Origin: an uncultured Bacillales bacterium
GTDB taxonomy: Bacteria; Bacillota_I; Bacilli_A; RF39; UBA660
Direction: 5' to 3'
NCBI GenBank assembly: GCA_946624985.1
Contig: CAMOSQ010000001.1
Span: 12,733 to 76,732 of the forward strand
DNA length: 64,000 nt
Shown: piece by piece, positions 40,473 through 49,794 of the stretch
Layout of the letters: every line of letters begins with the position of its first letter
Position numbering within the stretch: position 1 is the first letter of the stretch
Notes under the pieces: model-generated
The model's input: the letters and a program-made list of their open reading frames with translations, nothing else
What the model was told of the DNA's origin: nothing
Databases searched by the model: none
Made by a program: the position numbers and the translations under genes

Positions 40473-41266
40473 AGTTATCTAATGTTTCTTTTTCTTATGA
40501 TGATAGTAAATTTTTTTCTAATTTTTCTTGTTGCTTTTCTGGTGGTATTAATGCGATTGTTGGATCTAATGGTTCTGGTAAGAGTACTTTGCTTGATTTG
40601 ATTGATGGACTTCTGACTCCCGTTTCTGGAAGTGTTAAAATTGGTAATGTGGATATTGGTTCTTCTCGTCGGATGGTTGGATATTTATTTCAGTTTCCTG
40701 AAGAACAAATTTTTAATTCTAGTGTTTATAAGGAAATTGAATTTGGTCTTAAGTGTTTTAAATGTGATGACATTGATATAAAAATTCGTGAATCTCTTGA
40801 GCTTGTTGGTTTAGATGATAGTTTTTTAGAACGTAATCCATATAAAATAAGTAATGGTGAGCGAAGAAAGGTTGCTTTGGCTAGTGTTTTATGTTATAAA
40901 CCTGATGTTCTTATTTTGGATGAACCTACTGTTGGTCTTGATAATAAGAGTAAAAATGAATTGATTAGGCTTCTTAAGAAGCTTAAAAATGAATTTAATA
41001 AGACTATTATCATTGTCAGTCATGATATTAATTTTCTTCATAAGTTTGTTGATTATGTTTATTTGCTTCATAATGGTGAGATCGTTTTGGAAGGGGATAA
41101 GTATTTTGTTTTTTCTAATGAAGAGGTTATGAATCAATATGGTTTAGAGGTTCCTGATGTTATACATTTTTCTAATTTGGTTATGGAACGTAAGGGTGTT
41201 AAGATTGGATATAGGGATGAGATTAATGATTTAATAAAGGATGTGTATAGGTATGCGAAATGGTAG
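40463..41266 (+). CDS. ecfA2: ECF transporter ATPase subunit EcfA2
   Basis: GSNGSGKST, ISNGERRK, LILDEP. Confidence 0.9.
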   Translation: MEVKLSNVSFSYDDSKFFSNFSCCFSGGINAIVGSNGSGKSTLLDLIDGLLTPVSGSVKIGNVDIGSSRRMVGYLFQFPEEQIFNSSVYKEIEFGLKCFKCDDIDIKIRESLELVGLDDSFLERNPYKISNGERRKVALASVLCYKPDVLILDEPTVGLDNKSKNELIRLLKKLKNEFNKTIIIVSHDINFLHKFVDYVYLLHNGEIVLEGDKYFVFSNEEVMNQYGLEVPDVIHFSNLVMERKGVKIGYRDEINDLIKDVYRYAKW

Positions 41267-42005
41267 GTTTTCTAGGTATTATAATAATAATTCTCCAATA
41301 CACAGGTTAAATCCTTTATGTAAGATTCTTGCTTTGCTTGTTTTTGTTATAATGGTTTTGGTGTCTAGTCATGTTAAGGCTATTATTTCTTTATTTTTAA
41401 TTTTGTCTTTTATTATTACTATATCAGATGTTCCTTTTATTAGTTTTTTTAAGTCATTAATGAGTATGAAGTTTTTAATTGTTTTTATATTTTTAATTAA
41501 TCTTATATTTGGTGTTAGCGTTTATAGTAGTTTTGTTATGATTAGTAAGATTGTTTTATTAGTTATGTATTCTTCTATTTTACTTTATACGACTACAACA
41601 AATAGTCTTGCTTATGGTTTTTCTTCTTTTTTAAGACCTTTATGTATTTTTGGGTTACCTGTTTCTAAGATTTCTATGGCAATTTCTTTGTCTTTAAATT
41701 TTATTCCTAGCTTGTTTGCTAGTTCTGATAAAATTATTAGGTCTCAGATGAGTAGGGGATTTAATTATAGTGATGGTTCTTTTAAGGATAGAATTGTTGG
41801 TATAAAGTCTATTTTTATTCCTATGTTTGTATCTTCTATTAAAAGGGCTGATGCAATTAGTGATGCTATGGAAGTTAAGAATTTTAATTTTCATTCTGAT
41901 AGAAGTGATATTGTTGATTATAGATGGCGTTTTAACGATTTTTATATGCTTGCTAGTCATTTAGTTTTATTTGTTTTAATTTTGGTTAAAGAGGTGGTTA
42001 TGTGA
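41241..42005 (+). CDS. ecfT: ECF transporter transmembrane subunit EcfT
   Basis: SPIHRLNPLCK, polytopic, RADAISDAMEVKNF. The start could instead be ATG 41253. Confidence 0.9.
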   Translation: MCIGMRNGRFSRYYNNNSPIHRLNPLCKILALLVFVIMVLVSSHVKAIISLFLILSFIITISDVPFISFFKSLMSMKFLIVFIFLINLIFGVSVYSSFVMISKIVLLVMYSSILLYTTTTNSLAYGFSSFLRPLCIFGLPVSKISMAISLSLNFIPSLFASSDKIIRSQMSRGFNYSDGSFKDRIVGIKSIFIPMFVSSIKRADAISDAMEVKNFNFHSDRSDIVDYRWRFNDFYMLASHLVLFVLILVKEVVM

Positions 42006-42745
42006 GATTTTTAGCGACAATTGCTTATGATGGCTCTAAGTATAACGGGTATCAAAAACAGGTTCATGGGAATACTATTCAGGATAAACTTGAAGCTGTT
42101 TTAACTGGTATTAATGGTGGTGAAAAGGTAATAGTAAGTGCATCTGGAAGGACTGATGCTGGTGTTCATGCATATGGTCAAAAGATTCATTTTGATCTTG
42201 TTACTAAGATTACTCCTGAAGGTTTAAAGAAAGCTATGAACAGTTTACTTCCTGGTGATATTTATGTTAGGGATGTTAATAAGGTTAATGATGATTTTCA
42301 TGCAAGATATAATGTTAGTGCGAAAGAATATGTTTATAAAATTAATATGGGGGAATATGATCCAATAATGAAGGATTATGTTTATCAGTATAATAAGAAA
42401 CTCGATGTTGTTGAGATGGAACGTGCTTTAAAGTATATTGAGGGAACTCATGATTTTAAGTCTTTTACTGCAGGGGATGATGAACGTTCTGATTATACTC
42501 GTACTATTATTCAAACTAATTTAATTCGTGATTTAAAAAATGTTAATATGATTACTATTTCTTTTTTAGGTACTGGCTTTTTAAGGTATATGGTTAGAAA
42601 TATTGTAGGTACTTTGATTCAAATTGGTGAAGGTAAGTATAAGAGTACTGATATTATTGATATATTAAATGCAAAGGATAGGAGAAAAGCTGGTATTTGT
42701 GCTGATCCTTGTGGACTTTATTTAAAGGATGTTTTTTATAGATGA
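42002..42745 (+). CDS. truA: tRNA pseudouridine38-40 synthase
   Basis: GTG start overlapping the ecfT stop. IAYDGSKYNGYQ, GRTDAGVHA. Confidence 0.95.
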   Translation: MRFLATIAYDGSKYNGYQKQVHGNTIQDKLEAVLTGINGGEKVIVSASGRTDAGVHAYGQKIHFDLVTKITPEGLKKAMNSLLPGDIYVRDVNKVNDDFHARYNVSAKEYVYKINMGEYDPIMKDYVYQYNKKLDVVEMERALKYIEGTHDFKSFTAGDDERSDYTRTIIQTNLIRDLKNVNMITISFLGTGFLRYMVRNIVGTLIQIGEGKYKSTDIIDILNAKDRRKAGICADPCGLYLKDVFYR

Positions 42746-43554
42746 GATTGGTTGTTATTAGTGATATTCATGGTAATTTGCCTGCTTTAGAAAAAGCTTT
42801 TGCATTTATTGAAAAAATTAAAATCGATGGGATTATTTGGTGTGGGGACTATATTACTGATTTATTATTATCTTCTGAGGTTTTAGAATTTATTAGATTG
42901 AAGAATAAAAAGTATAAACATTGGATTATTAAGGGAAATCGTGAGGATTATATTATTGATTATCATAAAAAGGTTAGTGATTTTGATAGTGTTGATTCTA
43001 CTGGTAGTTTGATGCTTACTTATAAATCTTTAAAGTCTGAAGATATTAAATATATTTCTTCACTTCCTGATGAGATTGTTGTTGATATTAAGGGTTGTCC
43101 TCAAATTTATGTTAGCCATAAGCTTAATAATCGTGTTAAATATAAGTATAATGTTTTTGGTCATATTCATAAACAGTGCTTGTTTATTAAGAATGATTGT
43201 AAGTACATTAATCCTGGTAGTATTGGTCAGTGTTATTCTGGTTCTCCTGGATTAGAATTTGCTGTTATGGAACTTGTTGGTGGTGAATGGACTAGTCATT
43301 TTTATCATTTGAATTATAATTTGGAATTTGTAGTTAAATTTATCCGTAATAGTAAGTTGTCTAGTTGCAAACATCATTGGTCCGATATATTAATTAAAAC
43401 ATTGGAGACAGGTCATGATTATGTTGATGATTATATGGAAGAGGCTAAAAGGATTGCATTAAAATGTGGTGTTAGTGTTAATAAACAAAGTGATATTCCT
43501 GATAAAGTTTGGGATTTTGTTTATGATAAGTTAATAATTGGTAAAAAACAGTAA
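42742..43554 (+). CDS. Metallophosphoesterase-family protein
   Basis: VISDIHGN, CGDY, GNRED, GHIH motifs; ATGA overlap with truA. Confidence 0.75.
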   Translation: MRLVVISDIHGNLPALEKAFAFIEKIKIDGIIWCGDYITDLLLSSEVLEFIRLKNKKYKHWIIKGNREDYIIDYHKKVSDFDSVDSTGSLMLTYKSLKSEDIKYISSLPDEIVVDIKGCPQIYVSHKLNNRVKYKYNVFGHIHKQCLFIKNDCKYINPGSIGQCYSGSPGLEFAVMELVGGEWTSHFYHLNYNLEFVVKFIRNSKLSSCKHHWSDILIKTLETGHDYVDDYMEEAKRIALKCGVSVNKQSDIPDKVWDFVYDKLIIGKKQ

Positions 43555-43558
43555 AAAT

Positions 43559-43600
43559 AGTCAACTAATTCTTGTTTTTAGTTGACTTTATTTTGCTTTT
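43559..43600 (+). terminator. Rho-independent terminator
   Basis: agtcaacta (43559-43567) / tagttgact (43579-43587), then a T-rich tail. Confidence 0.5.
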
Positions 43601-43610
43601 TTAGTACAAT
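43582..43610 (+). promoter_or_regulatory. Promoter of rplM-rpsI
   Basis: TTGACT (43582-43587), 17-nt spacer, TACAAT (43605-43610). Confidence 0.55.
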
Positions 43611-43639
43611 GTTACTTGGTACATTTTAAATTTAATCCC

Positions 43640-43673
43640 ACATTGATAAGCCTTGGGACAGCTTATTGAATGT
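43640..43673 (+). promoter_or_regulatory. Leader hairpin upstream of rplM (candidate L13 leader)
   Basis: ACATT-G-ATAAGC-cttgggaca-GCTTAT-TG-AATGT bulged hairpin immediately 5' of the AAAGGAG RBS. Confidence 0.4.
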
Positions 43674-43693
43674 AAAGGAGAAAGGAAATAATT

Positions 43694-44122
43694 ATGAAAG
43701 ATTCTTATATGCAAAGAAAAGAAGATATAGTTCGTAATTGGTATGTTATTGATGCTGAGGGAAAGAACTTAGGTCGTGTAGCTACTAAAGCAGCTCATAT
43801 CTTAAGAGGTAAGCATAAACCTACATTTACTCCAAATGTTGATTGTGGAGATTATGTGATTATTGTTAATGCTTCAAAGGTTAATTTAACTGGTAACAAG
43901 TTAGATGACAAGATTTATTATAACCACAGTGGATATACTGGCGGTTTAAGAGAAAGAACAGCTCGTGAAATGAAGGAAAATTATCCTGTTGAGATGATTG
44001 AAAGAGCTGTTAAAGGAATGCTTCCAAAGGGAAGATTAGGACGTTCTACTTACAAGAAATTATTTGTTTATGCAGGTAGTGAACATCCACATATGGCACA
44101 AAAGCCAGTTAATATGGACTAA
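43694..44122 (+). CDS. rplM: 50S ribosomal protein L13
   Basis: [40 protein letters not shown]. Confidence 0.95.
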   Translation: MKDSYMQRKEDIVRNWYVIDAEGKNLGRVATKAAHILRGKHKPTFTPNVDCGDYVIIVNASKVNLTGNKLDDKIYYNHSGYTGGLRERTAREMKENYPVEMIERAVKGMLPKGRLGRSTYKKLFVYAGSEHPHMAQKPVNMD

Positions 44123-44134
44123 GGAGGGTTTTAA

Positions 44135-44551
44135 GTGGCTAATAAAAGAGTTTTTTTAGGAACAGGTAGAAGAAAATCTTCTGTTGCTCAAGTTAAAATG
44201 GTTCCTGGTAAAGGAAAAATTACTGTTAATGGTAGAGATGTTAGAGATTTCTTTCCATATGAAACTAATGTTATGGATTTAAAACAACCTTTAGTTGCTA
44301 CTGGAACAGAAGAGTCATTTGACATTGATGTTAAAGTTAATGGTGGTGGATTTACTGGTGCTACTGGAGCTATTAGATTAGGTATTACTCGTGCTTTAAT
44401 TGAGTATGATAAGGCTAATGAAGATAGTGAAAATAGTTATAGAAAAATTTTAAAGAGAGCTGGATTTGTTACAAGAGATTCACGTATTAAAGAACGTAAG
44501 AAACCAGGTCTTAAAGCAGCACGTCGTGCACCACAATTCTCAAAGAGATAA
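44135..44551 (+). CDS. rpsI: 30S ribosomal protein S9
   Basis: GTG start; [12 protein letters not shown]...[17 protein letters not shown]. Confidence 0.95.
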   Translation: MANKRVFLGTGRRKSSVAQVKMVPGKGKITVNGRDVRDFFPYETNVMDLKQPLVATGTEESFDIDVKVNGGGFTGATGAIRLGITRALIEYDKANEDSENSYRKILKRAGFVTRDSRIKERKKPGLKAARRAPQFSKR

Positions 44552-44564
44552 TATTTCGATATTC

Positions 44565-44592
44565 AAAGTCCATTTTTATGGGCTTTTTTTAT
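44565..44592 (+). terminator. Rho-independent terminator after rpsI
   Basis: aaagtccat-tttt-atgggcttt (one G-U pair) followed by a T-run. Confidence 0.6.
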
Positions 44593-44627
44593 TTTTTTTA
44601 TTTTGATATAATATGTGTGGTGGTTTT

Positions 44628-45497
44628 ATGAGACTTAGTTATGATTGGAAAGATTATAAATTAATTGATGCTGGAAATGGCGAAAAATTGGAGAGTTGGA
44701 ATGGCGTTATATTGAGACGTCCTGATCCTCAAGCTATGTGGCCCGTTAATAATGGAAGTGATTGGAAGCATGTTGATGGTTTTTATCATAGAAGTGATAA
44801 AGGTGGAGGATATTGGGATTTTTATAAAAAAATAGATGATTATTGGACTGTTAGTTATAGGAATTTAACTTTTAAGGTTAGTCCTACTAATTTTAAACAT
44901 ACTGGATTATTTCCTGAGCAGGCTGTTAATTGGGATTTTATGATTGATAAGATTAAGGGTGCTGGTAGACCTATAAAGATTTTAAATTTATTTGCTTATA
45001 CTGGTGGTGCGACTATGGCATGTAGTAGTGCTGGTGCTTGTGAAGTAGTTCATGTTGATGCTAGTAAGGGTATGGTTTCATGGGCTAAAGAAAATATGGA
45101 GTTATCAGGTTTATCTAATAATCGTATTAGATTTATTGTTGATGATTGTTTGAAGTTTGTAATGCGTGAGGCTCGTCGTGGTAATAAGTATGATGCAATT
45201 GTCATGGATCCTCCAAGTTATGGAAGAGGACCAAATGGAGAGGTTTGGAAGTTTGAGGATAATTTATATAATTTAATTAATGCTTGTATGGATATATTGT
45301 CTGATAAACCTTTGTTCTTTTTAATTAATGCTTATACTACTGGTATTTCTAGTACTGTTTTGTATAATATTTTAAAGACTACGCTTGTTCCTCGCTTTGG
45401 TGGCGTAGTTGATGCTGATGAAGTAGGGCTTCCAATTGTTAATAATGATTTGATTTTACCTTGTGGTATTTGTGGAAGATGGCAGTCAAATGATTAA
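44628..45497 (+). CDS. Class I SAM-dependent (rRNA large-subunit type, RlmI/K-like) methyltransferase
   Basis: LNLFAYTGGATMA (motif I), VHVDAS, VMDPPSYGRGP. TGATATAAT promoter at 44603-44611 makes ATG 44628 more likely than 44613. Confidence 0.75.
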   Translation: MRLSYDWKDYKLIDAGNGEKLESWNGVILRRPDPQAMWPVNNGSDWKHVDGFYHRSDKGGGYWDFYKKIDDYWTVSYRNLTFKVSPTNFKHTGLFPEQAVNWDFMIDKIKGAGRPIKILNLFAYTGGATMACSSAGACEVVHVDASKGMVSWAKENMELSGLSNNRIRFIVDDCLKFVMREARRGNKYDAIVMDPPSYGRGPNGEVWKFEDNLYNLINACMDILSDKPLFFLINAYTTGISSTVLYNILKTTLVPRFGGVVDADEVGLPIVNNDLILPCGICGRWQSND

Positions 45498-46140
45498 GAT
45501 ACTTTATGAGGATAATCATGTTTTGGTCGTAGTTAAACCTAAAAATATGCCTGTTTGTTTTGATAGTAGTGGTGATGTTGATTTACTTAATTATTTGAAG
45601 GATTATTTGAAGAAAAAGTATAATAAACCTGGTAATGTTTATTTAGGTCTTATTCATAGGCTTGATAGACCTGTTGGTGGTGTTATGGTTTTTGCTAAAA
45701 CTAGTAAGGCTGCTAGTAGGTTAAGTGATCAGGTTAGGTCAGGTAAGGTTTGTAAGAAATATTATGCTGTTGTATGTGGATATTTATGTGGTAGTGGTGA
45801 ATTTCGTGATAAATTGTTAAAGGATAGTAGGACTAATATGGTTCGTGTTGATCCAACTGGAAAGGAATCTTGTTTAAAATATAATGTTTTATGGTCTAAT
45901 AAAAATTATTCTTTAGTTGATATTGAACTTATTACTGGTAGGTCTCATCAAATTAGGGTTCAGTTTTCTAGTAGGGGATATCCTTTATTTGGTGATCAGA
46001 GATATAATGTGAATTCTAAGGTTGGTGAACAAATAGCATTGTTTTCATATTATTTGAGTTTTATTCATCCTACTACGCATGAAGTTATGGAATTTAGTGA
46101 GGATATTCCTAATAGATATCCATTTAATATAGACATTTAG
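45490..46140 (+). CDS. RluA-family pseudouridine synthase
   Basis: MIKILYEDNHVLVVVKP, HRLDRPVGGVMVFAKT (catalytic Asp), GRSHQIRVQ. Confidence 0.9.
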   Translation: MIKILYEDNHVLVVVKPKNMPVCFDSSGDVDLLNYLKDYLKKKYNKPGNVYLGLIHRLDRPVGGVMVFAKTSKAASRLSDQVRSGKVCKKYYAVVCGYLCGSGEFRDKLLKDSRTNMVRVDPTGKESCLKYNVLWSNKNYSLVDIELITGRSHQIRVQFSSRGYPLFGDQRYNVNSKVGEQIALFSYYLSFIHPTTHEVMEFSEDIPNRYPFNIDI

Positions 46141-46155
46141 TTGTCTATTTTTTTG
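46129..46155 (+). terminator. Rho-independent terminator
   Basis: atagaca-tttagt-tgtctat followed by ttttttt; overlaps the stop. Confidence 0.6.
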
Positions 46156-46225
46156 GTTTTTATTTATTTGTTTGTTTTTTTAATAAATTTATAATGATAT
46201 AATATAGTTAGAATGGAATGATATT

Positions 46226-47281
46226 ATGAGTGAAAAAAAATTAAGTTATAAATTATTAAATATATTATTGATTTTTGGAATATGTTTTTTGTTTTATAAT
46301 ACTATTGGTTTATGGAAGGATGTTTTTAAAAAGATATTTGCTATTATTACGCCTTTTGCAATTGCTTTTGTAATTGCGTATGCATTATATCCCTTTTTAA
46401 GAAAATTACAACGGAGGGGTGTTAGAAAATCTATTTCTATTACTTTAATGTTAGTATTGATTATTGGCTTTTTTATTATTTTAATTTCTTTGCTTATTCC
46501 TATTATTGCTAAGCAAATTGGTTCTTTTAGTAGTTTTTTACTTGCGTTTGTACAGGATATTTCTACAAAGTATAATATTGATTTAAACTATATTCAAGAA
46601 AATATTACGGATATTAATTCTATTGTTAATAATTATGGTAAACCAATTAGTGATTTTTCTTTTCAGTTTATTTCGTGTTTTTTAGGATTTTTAAGTAAGT
46701 TTATTATATGTTTTATTTCTTCGATTTATTTTTTAATAAGTATGGATGTTATTAGGTTTAGGTTTAAAAAGTATTTGAAATTGAAGAGTAAAAAAACTTT
46801 TAACTATTTTAAAAGAATAGATTATGAGGTTAGTCAGTATTTTGTTGGACTTGAAAAGTTTATTGTCATTCAGTTTATTGAGTATACTTTGATATTTTTA
46901 GTAATTGGTCATCCTTATTATTTATTACTTGGTATTTTATGTGCGGTTACTACTATAATACCTTATTTTGGAGGTATATTTTCTAATGTTATTGCTTCTG
47001 TTACTGCGTTTTTTATATCACCAAAATTGTTTGTTTTAACTCTTATTGTTACATTGGTTTTTCCTAATATTGATGGATATATTATTTCTCCTAGGGTTTA
47101 TGGTAAGACTAATAATGTTCCTGCGCTAGCAACTATATTTGCTGTTTTTGCTGGAGGTATTTTATACGGTATAGGTGGAATTGTTATTGCTTTACCTCTT
47201 ACTATTGTTTTAATTGCGACTTATAGATATTTCGAGGATGATATAAATGATAAAATTGAAGAATTAAAGAGTCAAAAGTAA
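46226..47281 (+). CDS. AI-2E family transporter (PerM/UPF0118)
   Basis: 351 aa, about 8 TM, with the layout and IPYFGG-type motif of AI-2E transporters. Confidence 0.75.
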   Translation: MSEKKLSYKLLNILLIFGICFLFYNTIGLWKDVFKKIFAIITPFAIAFVIAYALYPFLRKLQRRGVRKSISITLMLVLIIGFFIILISLLIPIIAKQIGSFSSFLLAFVQDISTKYNIDLNYIQENITDINSIVNNYGKPISDFSFQFISCFLGFLSKFIICFISSIYFLISMDVIRFRFKKYLKLKSKKTFNYFKRIDYEVSQYFVGLEKFIVIQFIEYTLIFLVIGHPYYLLLGILCAVTTIIPYFGGIFSNVIASVTAFFISPKLFVLTLIVTLVFPNIDGYIISPRVYGKTNNVPALATIFAVFAGGILYGIGGIVIALPLTIVLIATYRYFEDDINDKIEELKSQK

Positions 47282-47373
47282 TTTTTTTGATAGTTAATTC
47301 TTTTTTTTTTATGATGTGTAAAGAAAAAGTTAAGATAAAAATAAAAATAGTACTATATATTTTTATATTTTTT

Positions 47374-47382
47374 TGATATAAT
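47374..47382 (+). promoter_or_regulatory. Extended -10 promoter element (TGATATAAT) for the 47412-49737 operon
   Basis: TGnTATAAT at 47374-47382, 30 nt upstream of the ATG. Confidence 0.4.
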
Positions 47383-47411
47383 ATTATTTAGAATAAGATA
47401 GGGTGGAAATT

Positions 47412-48101
47412 ATGAATAGTGTTAGTGATATTTTATCTAGTTTACGTGATAAATTAAATAATGTTATTAGTGAATATAATGATTCTATTTCTAAAATTGA
47501 AGAGGATGAAAAATTTATTCAAGTTTTAGGAGATGTTGTTAATTATTGTAAAAGTGATTGTTTGCTTTTACCTTTTTATGATGAATCTATTTTAAATGAT
47601 GTTATTGATCATATTTTTCCATCTGGTAATGAAATTAAAAAAATTAAAACTGCTAAGTATTTAATTGAAGCAAGTAAAAGTGTTGATAAGGAAAAGTTTT
47701 TACAATATAATGATTCTGTAAAGGATTTAGAGAAAATATGTAAAAAGTTAAATAGTGAATATGAAAAAATGTTATCTAATGAAAAACTTAAAACTGATAA
47801 GAAAAATTTTAATAATAAAATTTCTGAGTATACTAGTTTTTTAAATATTGTTGGGGATGATGAGTTTTCTGGACTTATTTCTGATATTGATTTGTTCCAA
47901 GAAATCATTGATTTATGTAAGTTTAGTGATGAAGAAATTGATTCTTTGTTAAGTTTAGCTATTAAATGTAATTTAAAATATTTGGATGATAATGGAATTA
48001 TTGTTGATGATGTTCATTCTGATATTGTTGACATGAAGAATGAAAATGATAAGATGCAGGAAGAAATTAAAAATTTGAGTGATCTTCTTGGTAATGAATA
48101 G
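47412..48101 (+). CDS. Acidic helical protein, unknown function (P1, 229 aa)
   Basis: ATG 47412 (track start 47403 is GTG). D/E/K/N-rich, no TM or signal peptide. N-terminus resembles that of P2. First gene of a coupled three-gene operon. Confidence 0.6.
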   Translation: MNSVSDILSSLRDKLNNVISEYNDSISKIEEDEKFIQVLGDVVNYCKSDCLLLPFYDESILNDVIDHIFPSGNEIKKIKTAKYLIEASKSVDKEKFLQYNDSVKDLEKICKKLNSEYEKMLSNEKLKTDKKNFNNKISEYTSFLNIVGDDEFSGLISDIDLFQEIIDLCKFSDEEIDSLLSLAIKCNLKYLDDNGIIVDDVHSDIVDMKNENDKMQEEIKNLSDLLGNE

Positions 48102-48109
48102 GAGGAATT

Positions 48110-49429
48110 ATGGAACTTAAAAATTATTTGGTTGAGTTGCTTTCTAATATTATTCATGATAGATTACAAGAATTATCGTCTATAAAGGAAGATATTAAGA
48201 AGAGTGAAGATTATGTTAAGGTTAAGGAAATGCTTAGTGATGTCAATAATATTGTTAATGTTAATGATGATGAATTAAGAAATCTTTTGTCTGTAATTAC
48301 TGATGAAGATACTGTTTCTGAAATTTTATCTAATATTGATATGATAAGAATAGTTGTCAATGGTATTAATGATGGATTGGATTTATCTTTGGACGATTCT
48401 CAAAAGGAACTAGTTAAGGGCGTATATGAAATTATTGATAATTATTGTAGTGATTTGGATAAGAAAAATACTGAAACTAAAGCATATCTTGAAGATTTTT
48501 TGTCAAAATGTGAAGAGTTAAGTCAAGAAATTGGTACTGGTGTTGTTAGAAATATTGATGTTCTTGATGAAATTTTTAGAGAAAATGATGTTTCTTTAAA
48601 GGATATTATTAAAGTTAAGTATGAAATTCTTCGTAACAATAGTAAAAATTATAATATGGATTTAGATGGTCATGTTAAGGAAGAAGTTAAGTTGCGTCTT
48701 TCTTTGAAGAAGATCAATATTGATTTTGATTCATATAATGAGAGTGAAAGAAATGTTTTGATTAACTATTGTAATGTTTCAAATGCTGATGAGTTAATTG
48801 ATTATATTTCTTCTAATAATTTAAGTATTGATAATTCTTTATTATTAATTTTATTGTTGTTTTCTAATGTTTCTAATTTTAAATCTATTGTGGATGTTTC
48901 AAATAAGTATAATTTTAATTTTACTGAATTTTACAAAATCCCTGGTGTTTTTATTTCAAATGAGATGTCTGATAATTTAGTAAATGTATCTTCAAATGAT
49001 AATTTTGAGTATTTAAAATATATTGGTTCTTATTTTGAATTATTTAACGAAAATATTACTATTTTAGAAGAAAATAATTTATCTGTTGGTGATATATTTA
49101 ATTGTAATTGTTTGGCTTTAATTATTCCTGATATTTCTAAGAATATTACGATTTTATCTTCTTTAGATTTACCTAGTGAGGTGTTTAGTGTTGTTGTTAT
49201 TAATCCATTCTTAGCTACTTCTATTTCTTCTTTTGAAGAATGTGGATTAAAGGATTATTTAAGTTCGAATCCTTTACGTCTAACTACTTCTTATTATAGG
49301 CTTAGAAATATTTATTCTAATATAATAAGTGCTAGAAAGAATGGTAAAATTATTTTTAGGAGTTTAAGTGATAAGAAAAATTATTGGTTAGCTAAGCATA
49401 TTACAAGTGATAGTTCTGAGGTGGTTTAA
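48110..49429 (+). CDS. Acidic helical-repeat protein, C-terminal half mTERF-like (P2, 439 aa)
   Basis: AGGAGG RBS 8 nt after the P1 stop. Roughly 30-aa repeats ending in ...IPGVFISN, ...VINPFLATS, ...SSNPLRLTTS recall the mTERF xxPxLLxxS repeat. Confidence 0.6.
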   Translation: MELKNYLVELLSNIIHDRLQELSSIKEDIKKSEDYVKVKEMLSDVNNIVNVNDDELRNLLSVITDEDTVSEILSNIDMIRIVVNGINDGLDLSLDDSQKELVKGVYEIIDNYCSDLDKKNTETKAYLEDFLSKCEELSQEIGTGVVRNIDVLDEIFRENDVSLKDIIKVKYEILRNNSKNYNMDLDGHVKEEVKLRLSLKKINIDFDSYNESERNVLINYCNVSNADELIDYISSNNLSIDNSLLLILLLFSNVSNFKSIVDVSNKYNFNFTEFYKIPGVFISNEMSDNLVNVSSNDNFEYLKYIGSYFELFNENITILEENNLSVGDIFNCNCLALIIPDISKNITILSSLDLPSEVFSVVVINPFLATSISSFEECGLKDYLSSNPLRLTTSYYRLRNIYSNIISARKNGKIIFRSLSDKKNYWLAKHITSDSSEVV

Positions 49430-49737
49430 TGGATTTTTTAAAGAAATATGGTATAACTGATGATGATATTAATATTATTAAGAATAATAATTATGAAAGT
49501 GTTATAAATACTATTATATTTAATCAGGTTAATGTTTGTTCTGTTATAGATTATTTTGTTTCTATTGGAATTGAGAATTCTACTTTAGCTCAGATGTTAT
49601 CAGATAGATTGGATTTATTTTTGAAGTCCGTTGATGATATTAAAGATTCTTTAGAAAAGTATAATGTTTCTAATATTGTCACAATTATTAATGATGATAT
49701 TGCTAATTTAAAGTTTTTGGATATGAAAAGGGATTAA
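49429..49737 (+). CDS. Small mTERF-like helical-repeat protein (P3, 102 aa)
   Basis: TAATG overlap with P2. DFLKKYGITDDDINIIKNN... and IDYFVSIGIENSTLAQMLSDRLDLFLKS fit the mTERF-type L..lGi....i..ml pattern. Confidence 0.55.
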   Translation: MDFLKKYGITDDDINIIKNNNYESVINTIIFNQVNVCSVIDYFVSIGIENSTLAQMLSDRLDLFLKSVDDIKDSLEKYNVSNIVTIINDDIANLKFLDMKRD

Positions 49738-49747
49738 ATCCCTTTTT
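49726..49747 (+). terminator. Rho-independent terminator of the P1-P3 operon
   Basis: aaaaggga-ttaaa-tccctttt plus t; overlaps the stop codon. Confidence 0.65.
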
Positions 49748-49794
49748 ATCTTGTAAAAAAATTACTTTTATGATATAGTTATGTTGGTGATATT

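Noticed and set aside
49255-49285. GTTCGAATC, a tRNA T-loop-like motif
   Set aside because: It lies inside the P2 coding frame. The flanks do not form a 5-bp T-stem with a 7-nt loop or any acceptor/anticodon arms. No tRNA genes are evident anywhere in the window.
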